Assembly (NCBI GenBank): GCA_964474825.1
Contig: CAYYWQ010000001.1
Coordinates: 1,033,606-1,097,605, forward strand
Origin: an uncultured Candidatus Saccharibacteria bacterium
Lineage (GTDB): Bacteria; Patescibacteriota; Doudnabacteria; UBA920
Direction of reading: 5' to 3'
Length of the DNA stretch: 64,000 nucleotides
This document shows, piece by piece, positions 46,184-54,097 of the stretch. The first letter of the stretch is position 1, and the number at the start of each line of letters is the position of its first letter. Position numbers and translations under genes: made by a program. Below the pieces are notes generated by a model. That model had not been told where the DNA came from. It ran no database searches and saw nothing but the letters and a program-made list of their open reading frames with translations.

Positions 46184-46966
46184 ATGCGGAGTTTCATTAA
46201 CGTCAGAATCGGCCGGCTCCCCGGTCGGATTTCGGAAATTGTGCTTAATGGCGACCGCACGGTCGCTACCGCGTTGATGACCGCCGGCCTGGACAGCGCT
46301 GGCTACGATATCCGGGTGCAGGGTGCACCCGCGAGCATGACAACCGGACTCAACGAGGGGGACATTGTCCTCCTCGTGAAGAAGATCAAGGGGAACGGCG
46401 GGATTGAGGGCGCAACCTTCGTTCACGTCGGCCGCGTCCCCGGACCCGGTCTTGTCCAGTTTGCACTGGATGAGCCCACGGTCTTCATGGCTTTGTCTGC
46501 CGCTGGTCTCAATCTGGGGCCGGATGAGGTGGTTTACCGCAACGACCAGCTTTCTTCCATCGGGGAACCGGTGGAAGACGGCGACAAGATCGTCGTCCGG
46601 CATCCGATGCCGGCGATGGTCGCGGCTTCGCCGGAATTGCCGTCCGGCTTGCACCAGACTGCGCCGGTAGTTTCTGCCACGTTCGATTTCTCGGCCGTGG
46701 TCGGCACCGACCCGGCCCAGCTCTGCTCCAGCGCGGAACGGCTGACCCGCGAAGCGGAGGAGCTCGAGGCGGGAGCTCGCGCCGCGCTCGCCAGCGCGGC
46801 CGAGAAGAAGGTTGCGGCCTCGGCCCATTGGGCCAAAGCCGCGGCTATCGAGACCGCCAACGAGGCGTTGGCAAATGCCAGCGCCCAGCTCGAAACCCTT
46901 GGGGTTATTCGCCCCAAGGGCGAAGGACGGTGGACTGATATCCGCCGCCTCTTCGGCCTCTCGTAG
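46184..46966 (+). CDS. Tandem beta-grasp (multi-ubiquitin-like) protein with an internal KGNGG and a C-terminal Ala-rich coiled coil
   Basis: Module 1 is INVRIGRLPGRISEIVLNGDRTVATALMTAGL...EGDIVLLVKKIKGNGG, with a diglycine at the module end. Module 2 is ...GPDEVVYRNDQLSSIGEPVEDGDKIVVRHP. The SD (aggag) favours the ATG at 46184 over the track start at 46154. Confidence 0.5.
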   Translation: MRSFINVRIGRLPGRISEIVLNGDRTVATALMTAGLDSAGYDIRVQGAPASMTTGLNEGDIVLLVKKIKGNGGIEGATFVHVGRVPGPGLVQFALDEPTVFMALSAAGLNLGPDEVVYRNDQLSSIGEPVEDGDKIVVRHPMPAMVAASPELPSGLHQTAPVVSATFDFSAVVGTDPAQLCSSAERLTREAEELEAGARAALASAAEKKVAASAHWAKAAAIETANEALANASAQLETLGVIRPKGEGRWTDIRRLFGLS

Positions 46967-47376
46967 TAGACGAGGTGCGCGAAATTTTGTCACCGTCTTA
47001 GCAACAGATGGCGAGACAAGCAGGGGCAGACCTGCAAACATCAAATTAATAAAAAGGAAAATAAAAAAAGGTAAAAAAATAAATCTTCCCGCAAGGGTTG
47101 CCTGAAACCTTAAAGCACCACAGGCGTAAAAGCACGGGTACACTGATCGTAATGTCAACGAGTTTAATAAAATAGGTCTCTGCCACAAGGCGGAGGCCAT
47201 CGAGTCAAGAAGTAAATGGCAGGGTGATGCCCACCTGCCAGCCACGAAGTTGTGGCAAACAAAACGGGACAATGCACCAAGATTGGGGAGAGGTAGACTG
47301 CACACCTACCTTTCCTCTTTCCAATTTAGCGCACAAAATTTTTGTGAGCTGGATTGGGAGGTGAAGTATTAAAAAA

Positions 47377-47622
47377 TTACCAGAACTTCTTTGCCAGTTC
47401 TGCCAGCGCAAGCTGGAGGGCTGGGAAGATTACCGGCAGACGCACGAATGCGTCTGCGGAGCTAAGTACTTTGTCGTCTCGCATGACGACTTGTGTATGG
47501 CTCCGAGTTTGGCCCACGATGCCTTTGGTATTAAGGAAGAAGGCGCGGTCGAAGTCAGGGTCATCGAGAAGTTCGATGTCCTGACCGATGAAGGCCAGGT
47601 TCCGGAAGATGGGGATTGGCAA
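47377..47622 (-). CDS. Small hypothetical protein on the island
   Basis: An 81-aa ORF with an SD (aggaaggg) 9 nt upstream of the ATG on the - strand. It has no recognisable motif. Confidence 0.25.
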   Translation of the reverse strand: MPIPIFRNLAFIGQDIELLDDPDFDRAFFLNTKGIVGQTRSHTQVVMRDDKVLSSADAFVRLPVIFPALQLALAELAKKFW

Positions 47623-47699
47623 GACATGGTCTTTGCCCTTCCTAAAAAATAAAAAGCCCGGTTGGTGGACCGGTTAAATAAAACCGCTAAGCACTCAAA

Positions 47700-47752
47700 T
47701 TTGGGACGAGTGAGTTAACAGTCATTCGTCCCAAATTTATTTATTATTTATC
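47700..47752 (+). terminator. Intrinsic terminator (ttgggacga-N14-tcgtcccaa + T-rich tail)
   Basis: A 9-bp perfect stem at about 47703-47736, followed by tttatttattatttatc. It probably ends the Ubl operon transcript. Confidence 0.4.
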
Positions 47753-47918
47753 TTCAATCACCTGCCGGAATGACGGCTTAAGAGTAGTTGGGGAGCTGTA
47801 TGGTTTAGCCAATTAATTTTGGTACAAATCTCTCTCCTCAAGCGGCTCCTTAATGCTTTTAAACTTTTCATTTCGGCAGTTGGGTGGAGGAAAAATAAAA
47901 AAAACAAAGGTGAACAAA

Positions 47919-48500
47919 ATGTTTAGTTGGTTGTTAAGATGGTTGAACTTGGACAAACCAACGGCCACAGGTGCGGCCGTTGAACAAGTGACGACAGAAG
48001 TTGCGGTCGTCGAAAAACCAAAAACGTCAGAGCCCCCGCCTGCCCCGCGGGAGGAGGCGGACCGGGACACGCATGTACTTAATTCCCAGTATCGCAGCAT
48101 TCGGCCGTTTGTGCCGGCGGCTGAAGTTCCCAAGGCCGTTGTGGCGGCGGATCTTGTGGAGTTTGAGGCTATTCCCGCTGGAGACGGGAAAACGGCGCCC
48201 GGGGATTGCCGACCGACGCGATTCCCCAATGGGGCGATCCTTGAGGTTGTCCAGAAAAGGGAGGGGGTAGTAATGGTGCGGTGCTATGTGCCGTACCACT
48301 ACACCAACAGGAGGTGGTGGCGGCCAGAAAAATTGATGGGTCAAATTTTTTTGATGCCAACAGAGAGATTTTGTTGGCTGGCCCAGCAGAAGTACCCGCC
48401 GGGCCACTGGGCTTTGCGGGACTACCGGGACGAGGTGGCCCGTCGGCAAGCTCAGGGCTTGCTGGATTACATCAACCTGCCCCCGCCTGGGGGCAAATAA
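47919..48500 (+). CDS. Hypothetical protein on the island
   Basis: The start MFSWLLRWL is preceded by an SD (aaggtg). The track start at 47853 has no SD. It is Pro/Ala-rich N-terminally, and I could not identify a domain. Confidence 0.4.
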   Translation: MFSWLLRWLNLDKPTATGAAVEQVTTEVAVVEKPKTSEPPPAPREEADRDTHVLNSQYRSIRPFVPAAEVPKAVVAADLVEFEAIPAGDGKTAPGDCRPTRFPNGAILEVVQKREGVVMVRCYVPYHYTNRRWWRPEKLMGQIFLMPTERFCWLAQQKYPPGHWALRDYRDEVARRQAQGLLDYINLPPPGGK

Positions 48501-48517
48501 ACGAAGCATTCAGTTTT

Positions 48518-48565
48518 GGCCGAAAGCACGCACTTTCGCTTTCGGCCACTTCTTTCAGATTACGA
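48518..48565 (+). repeat. Copy 1 of a roughly 48-nt direct repeat (GC hairpin ggccgaaagc/gctttcggcc + ctttcagattacga), followed by a TTGACA promoter-like site at 48657
   Basis: It is more than 90 percent identical to 50052-50099. Both copies are followed about 80-100 nt later by ctgaaag and a TTGACA -35-like hexamer. Confidence 0.5.
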
Positions 48566-48789
48566 CTCATGTCGCGGTCTGAAAGTTGTCGAGGTTATAG
48601 TTTGGAACATCTGCTTTGTGAGCGCCCTTGCTTGGTAGATGTTCCGCATTTTGGCCTTGACAATAACAGTAGTTTGTGATAAATTAAGTAGTTAAAACTT
48701 AATATTTCTCAAGGGCGCATTTTGCGCCCTTTTTTTGTTTGCCTTTTTCTTTTAGCCCGCAGTGATGGCGGGTTGGAAGAAGGAGGAAT

Positions 48790-49104
48790 ATGGATAAGAG
48801 TGTTTTTGGATTTGTGTCCGCCTTTTTGGTGGACTCGGGATACAACTTGGAATGGAAAACCCAGGAAGGGCGGACATTCGAGGTTTCCGGTGACCCCAGG
48901 TTTCCGGAAATGTATTACGAGGTTTTTGATTCGGCCAAAAAGGTGATCCGTAAGCAGGAAGCGGATTTTGCTTTTGAGGCCGCTTCAGGAGATTTTTTTC
49001 TCTTTCTTTTCTCCGGCGAGGAGAAGAAAGGAGAGTCTTTGTCCAGGGAGCAATTTTTGGACCAGGTGCAGAATCGGTTCCCGGCATTTGTCCGGATCCG
49101 ATAG
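48790..49104 (+). CDS. Hypothetical small protein
   Basis: A strong SD (gaaggagg) lies 6 nt upstream of the ATG. The 104-aa protein is acidic. Confidence 0.45.
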   Translation: MDKSVFGFVSAFLVDSGYNLEWKTQEGRTFEVSGDPRFPEMYYEVFDSAKKVIRKQEADFAFEAASGDFFLFLFSGEEKKGESLSREQFLDQVQNRFPAFVRIR

Positions 49105-49142
49105 GCTAAGATGCTGGTACATAATTTAAAGAAGAAAGCAAT

Positions 49143-50027
49143 TTGAGAAAAGAAGGAGAGGTTTTGACTGTGCCGCGAAAAAAAGGGCCGCAGGCTAAAC
49201 AGAAACAGCGGGAGGCCGACGAACGGCGCAAAAAAGGTACGGCCAAACCGGCTAATGAGTCGGCAAGGGCGTATCTTAACAACAAGGAAATGGCGATGCC
49301 GCTCGACAAGCTGCATCAATATCTTCGTGACAAGAAGGGGTTTAATGTTTCCAGGGCGACCGCCTGGCGCGCCAAAAGGACGGGGTATTTTTATCCGCAA
49401 CACGTGCCGACGTTTGGCGCTAAGCGGATTAAATTGACCCTGGATGAGAGGTCTGCTTCGGTGGATTTTTTGGTCAAGCGGTTTGGCTTTACCCGTCAAA
49501 CCGCCCGGGAAGCCAAGCGGCGTGGGTGGTTTACGGTCGACGTGAACACACGCGGCCGTATTAGGATTCCGGCAGACCGTTATGTTCCGCCGGCGGAGCT
49601 CAAACCTGAGCTGGTGGTGGAAAGGGTAGACCTCACTCAGGAGGAGAGGCAGGCTTTTCCGGATTTTTTGGCAAAGCGGTTCGGGATTTCCCGTCGTACC
49701 GCCGCGGTAGCCAAGGAGCGCGGCTGGTTCAAAGTTTTGCCCGCAATGAGGGGGAAGCTGCGAATTCCCAATGACCGCAAAATGCCGAGCATTTTCCCGG
49801 GGAAAAAGGTGGAGCTGACCACCTCGGAAATGCAGACCAGCCTGGATTTCTTGGTTAATCGGTTCGGCATTCACCGCACTACTGCCGCGGTAGCCAAGGA
49901 GCGGGGGTTCTTTATTGTCATGTCGCAACATATGGGCAAGACAAGGATTCCCGTGAATCGAGTGGTGGGCATGGATGAGACGCGGTATTTCCGTCGCGGC
50001 CGGCCCCCAAAGCCTGGAAAAAAATAA
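49143..50027 (+). CDS. Protein with four tandem excisionase/AlpA-type HTH (HTH_17-like) repeats
   Basis: There are four repeats of about 35 aa: FLVKRFGFTRQTAREAKRRGWFTV...GRIRIP, FLAKRFGISRRTAAVAKERGWFKV...GKLRIP, FLVNRFGIHRTTAAVAKERGFFIV...GKTRIP, and a diverged first copy YLRDKKGFNVSRATAWRAKRTGYF. The real start may be the GTG at about 49170, after an SD (aaggagagg). Confidence 0.5.
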   Translation: MRKEGEVLTVPRKKGPQAKQKQREADERRKKGTAKPANESARAYLNNKEMAMPLDKLHQYLRDKKGFNVSRATAWRAKRTGYFYPQHVPTFGAKRIKLTLDERSASVDFLVKRFGFTRQTAREAKRRGWFTVDVNTRGRIRIPADRYVPPAELKPELVVERVDLTQEERQAFPDFLAKRFGISRRTAAVAKERGWFKVLPAMRGKLRIPNDRKMPSIFPGKKVELTTSEMQTSLDFLVNRFGIHRTTAAVAKERGFFIVMSQHMGKTRIPVNRVVGMDETRYFRRGRPPKPGKK

Positions 50028-50051
50028 GGAGGGGGCATGAGACTTGCAGCA

Positions 50052-50099
50052 GGCCGAGAGCACGCACTTTCGCTTTCGGCCATTTCTTTTAGAATACGA
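50052..50099 (+). repeat. Copy 2 of the roughly 48-nt direct repeat, followed by a TTGACA-N16-TATATT promoter (50132-50159)
   Basis: The match to 48518-48565 is seen directly in the sequence. The promoter hexamers are near consensus. Confidence 0.5.
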
Positions 50100-50399
50100 T
50101 AAGTATCGTGACCTGAAAGAAGTTCTAGTACTTGACAAACCCCCAATTCGTGCTATATTAGGTATACACATTGCACGATTTGGGGATGATATGTGCGCTT
50201 CCGATTCACCCGCTTTAGGCGTAAATATCGGATAAAATAATAAAACCTTAGACCGAAAACATTAAGTTTTCGGTAGGGTTAGTTTGTCGCCAGTTTTTAT
50301 TTTAATGGTAAAAAATCTGATAAACTCTTAATTTTAATAATACCTTTTATTTAAGCCATAAAAGGTATATTTTTAGTGTCTCTGCAACTTTCTTTTGTT

Positions 50400-50491
50400 G
50401 TCATCCCGAGCGACTGCTGAGTGCATCCGAAGCAGGAGTCGAGGGATCCCTCCACTCGCCCTCGGATGCACTCGGGCTCGGTCGGGATGAC
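50400..50491. repeat. Roughly 92-bp GC-rich imperfect palindrome centred on GGATCC, immediately upstream of rpoB (MITE/REP-like element or attenuator)
   Basis: The arms gtcatcccga...gagtgcatccga...gaggga and tccctc...tcggatgcactc...tcgggatgac are reverse complements apart from an internal indel. G+C is far above the surrounding AT-rich intergenic DNA. Confidence 0.5.
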
Positions 50492-50550
50492 ATCTGTAAA
50501 AATTTTTAATTTTTGTTTGTCAATTAATCAACTAATTAAAGGATATATAA

Positions 50551-53500
50551 ATGCCCGCCAAAGCATCAAACGTCGCCTTAGCTAAGCCTGAGCGCAAAAT
50601 CGTCCGCAAGTTTTTTACCAAAGACCACGAAACCAAGTTGCTACCCAACCTTATAGAGGTGCAGCTCGACTCTTATAAATGGTTTTTGGAAAAAGGCCTT
50701 AAAGAACTTTTAGGGGAAGTTACTCCTATTAGAGACTTTACTGGCAAGAATTTAGAATTGTTCTTTGGCGATTACTTTTTTGACAAAACCAAGTACGACG
50801 AATTCCTTTCCCGCGAACGCAACACCACTTTTGAAGCTCCTTTGTACGTGAGCGCTAAGCTTATTAACAAAGTTACGGGCAAAACGAAAACTCAAGACGT
50901 TTACTTTGGCGATTTTCCTTTAATGACCCCGCGCGGAACTTTTATAATCAACGGTGTAGAACGCGTTGTAGTTAACCAGCTTATAAAATCCCCGGGTGTA
51001 TTTTTTACTTCGGAAAATGTCCGCGGAAAAGTTTTGTACGGCGCGAAAATTATTCCTAACCGCGGCGCATGGCTGGAACTAGACACTGACAGCAGCGGCG
51101 TTATTGGCGTAAAAATAGACCGCAAACGCAGAATTCCTATTACAGCTTTAATCCGCGTGTTTGGTTTAACTTCTAACGAAGACATTTTAGCCGCTTTTAA
51201 AGATGTAGACACAGACCCGGACGTAAAATACATTCAATCCACTTTAGAAAAAGACGCTTCCACTAACGCAGACGAAGGTTTTAAAGAAGTTTATAAAAGA
51301 ATCCGCCCGGGAGACTTAGCCACAGTAGACAACGCTAAATCCCTCATCAGTGGTATGTTCTTTAACCTAGAAAGATACGATCTTTCCCCGGTTGGCCGCT
51401 ACAAATTTAACCAACGCTTGCATATAGACGAAAGCCGCGACAACGCACTGCTTCTTTTGGAAGATTTGCTCGCGGTTGTTAAAGAAGTTATTCGTTTAAA
51501 CAACACCCAAGAAACTCCGGACGACATTGACCACTTAGCCAACCGCCGCGTGCGCGCCGTGGGTGAATTAATCCAAACTCGCTTCCGCGTAGGTCTTGCT
51601 CGTATGGCCCGTATTGCCAAAGACAGAATGAGCTTGGCGGATTTAGAAAGCGTAACTCCGGCTCAGCTTATTCATGTCCGTCCTATTGTGGCCACTATGC
51701 AGGAATTCTTTTCCTCTTCCCAGTTGTCACAATTTATGGACCAAACAAATCCTTTGGCCGAACTGGAACACAAAAGAAGGCTCAGTGCCATGGGCCCTGG
51801 TGGTCTTAGCCGTGAACGCGCTGGGTTTGAAGTTCGTGACGTGCACCATAGCCATTACGGCAGGCTTTGCCCAATCACCACTCCTGAAGGACCAAACATT
51901 GGTTTGGTTGCCCACTTGGCTACTTATGCCAGAGTAAATGATTTTGGTTTTATTGAAACTCCTTACCGAAAAGTTAAAAAGGTCGCCAAGAACGACGGCA
52001 AAGACGCGGTAGGGGAAATTGCTTCGTTCGATATTAAAGACGAAAAAGGTAATGTTATTGTAGCTGCCGGAGCGGAAATTTCTGCTACCGCTGCCAAAGA
52101 AATTGCCAAGAACGAACAACTTTTGGAAGTTCCGGTTAAAGCCCGTGTTCTGTTTTCCGAAGTAATGTATTTGGATGCTTTTGAAGAAGAAGAGCTTATT
52201 ATTGGTGCGGCCGGTATTGCCTTTGACGAAAAAGGTTACTTTATAGAGCAGCGTGCTTCTGTAAGACTGCACACAGTGCCAAGTATTGCCGCCACTTCCG
52301 AAATAGACTGCATAGACGTGTCCCCAAAACAAATTATTTCCGTAACCACCTCCCTCATTCCATTCTTGGAACACGATGATGCTAACCGTGCGTTAATGGG
52401 CAGCAACATGCAACGTCAGGCCGTGTCCTGCATTAAGCCGGACGCGCCTTTAGTGGGTACTGGTATGGAAGCCAAAGCCGCGCGCGACAGCGGCACGGTT
52501 GTAGTTTCCGAAGAAGACGGGGAAGTTGTTTCTGTAACCGGCGACAAGATTGTAGTTGTTGGCGACAAAGGCAAAAAGAAAGAGTATCACTTATTAAAAT
52601 TTTTACGTACCAACTCAGCCACGGCTGTTAACCAAATCCCTAGAGTAAACAAAGGCCAAAAAGTTAAGAAAGGCGATTTGCTCGCAGACGGCGCCTCCAC
52701 CGAAGACGGAGAATTGGCTTTGGGACAAAACGTTTTAGTGGCTTTCCTTTCCTGGGAAGGTGGTAACTATGAAGATGCTATTTTGGTTTCTGAGCGCGTA
52801 GTTCAGCAGGACCGCTACAGCTCCATTCATATAGATGACTTTAAAATAGACGTGCGCGACACAAAACTCGGGCCCGAACAAGTTACCCGAGACATTCCTA
52901 ATGTTGGTGAAGAAAAGTTAAAAGACTTAGACGAAAACGGAGTCATCCGCATTGGCGCGCAAATTAAATCCGGTGACATTTTAGTCGGTAAAATTACGCC
53001 AAAAGGTGAGACCGATTTAACCGCAGAAGAAAAACTGCTTCGCGTAATTTTTGGTGAAAAATCCAGGGACGTAAAAGACACTTCCCTTACGCTTCCTCAC
53101 GGTGAATACGGAAAAGTTGTTAACATCCGCGAATTTACCAGGCAGGCCGGGGACAAATTACCTTCCGGTGTTATTCGAAGCATTCAGGTTTCTGTTGCTG
53201 TGCTTAGGAAAATCCAGGTAGGGGATAAAATGGCCGGACGCCACGGTAACAAAGGTGTTATTTCAAAAATTATTCCAGTTGAAGACTTGCCATTCATGAA
53301 AGACGGCCGCGCCGTGGACATTGTCTTAAACCCGCTTGGTGTTGTGTCCCGTATGAACCTGGGACAAATTTTGGAAACCCATTTGGGTATGGCCGCTTAT
53401 AAACTCGGCTACCATGTGGCTACTCCCGTTTTAGACGGAGTCACAGAAGGCGAAATTAAATCGGAACTCAATCGTGCCGGCGTGCCGGAAGACGGTAAAG

Positions 53501-54045
53501 TTGTTTTGTACGACGGAAAAACCGGCGAGGCTTTTGACGAAAAAGTTACGGTTGGTGTTATGTACATGTTAAAACTCCACCACTTAGTAGACGACAAAAT
53601 GCATGCCCGCTCAACCGGTCCGTACAGCTTAATTACCCAGCAGCCACTTGGTGGTAAAGCGCAGTTCGGTGGACAACGTTTTGGAGAAATGGAAGTCTGG
53701 GCTTTGGAAGGTTATGGCGCGGCTCACACTTTGCAGGAAATGTTGACCATAAAATCCGACGACGTAGTCGGCAGAAGCAAAACCTACGAAGCTATTGTTA
53801 AAGGCGAACCAATTAAGAAGCCAAACATTCCGGAAAGTTTCCGTGTTTTAGTTAAAGAATTACAAAGTTTAGGATTAGACGTAGAGCTGCTGGGAGCCGA
53901 CGGCAGCATAACTACTGCGGCGCAGGAACAGGAAATAGTAGTGCCGGGCGGCATGCAAATGCCATCCGCTGTCCCTGACCTTTCTCTGTTTGAGGATGAG
54001 CCAAAGAAAGAGAAAAAGTATAAAAAGGAGAAAAAAAGTAAATAG
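50551..54045 (+). CDS. rpoB: DNA-directed RNA polymerase subunit beta
   Basis: It has canonical RpoB blocks (FFGDYFFD..., [61 protein letters not shown]). Confidence 0.97.
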   Translation: MPAKASNVALAKPERKIVRKFFTKDHETKLLPNLIEVQLDSYKWFLEKGLKELLGEVTPIRDFTGKNLELFFGDYFFDKTKYDEFLSRERNTTFEAPLYVSAKLINKVTGKTKTQDVYFGDFPLMTPRGTFIINGVERVVVNQLIKSPGVFFTSENVRGKVLYGAKIIPNRGAWLELDTDSSGVIGVKIDRKRRIPITALIRVFGLTSNEDILAAFKDVDTDPDVKYIQSTLEKDASTNADEGFKEVYKRIRPGDLATVDNAKSLISGMFFNLERYDLSPVGRYKFNQRLHIDESRDNALLLLEDLLAVVKEVIRLNNTQETPDDIDHLANRRVRAVGELIQTRFRVGLARMARIAKDRMSLADLESVTPAQLIHVRPIVATMQEFFSSSQLSQFMDQTNPLAELEHKRRLSAMGPGGLSRERAGFEVRDVHHSHYGRLCPITTPEGPNIGLVAHLATYARVNDFGFIETPYRKVKKVAKNDGKDAVGEIASFDIKDEKGNVIVAAGAEISATAAKEIAKNEQLLEVPVKARVLFSEVMYLDAFEEEELIIGAAGIAFDEKGYFIEQRASVRLHTVPSIAATSEIDCIDVSPKQIISVTTSLIPFLEHDDANRALMGSNMQRQAVSCIKPDAPLVGTGMEAKAARDSGTVVVSEEDGEVVSVTGDKIVVVGDKGKKKEYHLLKFLRTNSATAVNQIPRVNKGQKVKKGDLLADGASTEDGELALGQNVLVAFLSWEGGNYEDAILVSERVVQQDRYSSIHIDDFKIDVRDTKLGPEQVTRDIPNVGEEKLKDLDENGVIRIGAQIKSGDILVGKITPKGETDLTAEEKLLRVIFGEKSRDVKDTSLTLPHGEYGKVVNIREFTRQAGDKLPSGVIRSIQVSVAVLRKIQVGDKMAGRHGNKGVISKIIPVEDLPFMKDGRAVDIVLNPLGVVSRMNLGQILETHLGMAAYKLGYHVATPVLDGVTEGEIKSELNRAGVPEDGKVVLYDGKTGEAFDEKVTVGVMYMLKLHHLVDDKMHARSTGPYSLITQQPLGGKAQFGGQRFGEMEVWALEGYGAAHTLQEMLTIKSDDVVGRSKTYEAIVKGEPIKKPNIPESFRVLVKELQSLGLDVELLGADGSITTAAQEQEIVVPGGMQMPSAVPDLSLFEDEPKKEKKYKKEKKSK

Positions 54046-54097
54046 CGATAAGGCAATAGTCAATCTAAGAACTTATCACTAATCACTATATACAATT

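Noticed and set aside
46019-47305. 428-aa ORF on the - strand covering the tandem beta-grasp gene
   Set aside because: It is entirely antisense to a well-supported + strand gene in GC-rich DNA. Its composition is Arg/Gly/Ala/Pro-rich and low-complexity, typical of spurious antisense ORFs. No SD was found.
48915-50171. 418-aa - strand ORF antisense to the four-HTH-repeat gene
   Set aside because: It is antisense to a gene whose protein-level repeats are conserved. Its composition is implausible, and it spans a promoter and repeat module.
41381-50550. Integrase, transposase or tRNA marking the island borders
   Set aside because: No tyrosine or serine recombinase motifs, DDE transposase motifs or tRNA-like T-arm (GGTTCGAATCC-type) sequences were found by eye at either border. 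The absence is recorded as part of the island finding.
51727-52374. 215-aa - strand ORF inside rpoB, and similar antisense ORFs inside rpoC (for example 54907-55308, 56207-56563)
   Set aside because: They are antisense to universally conserved genes, with low-complexity Phe/Asn/Gly-rich translations.
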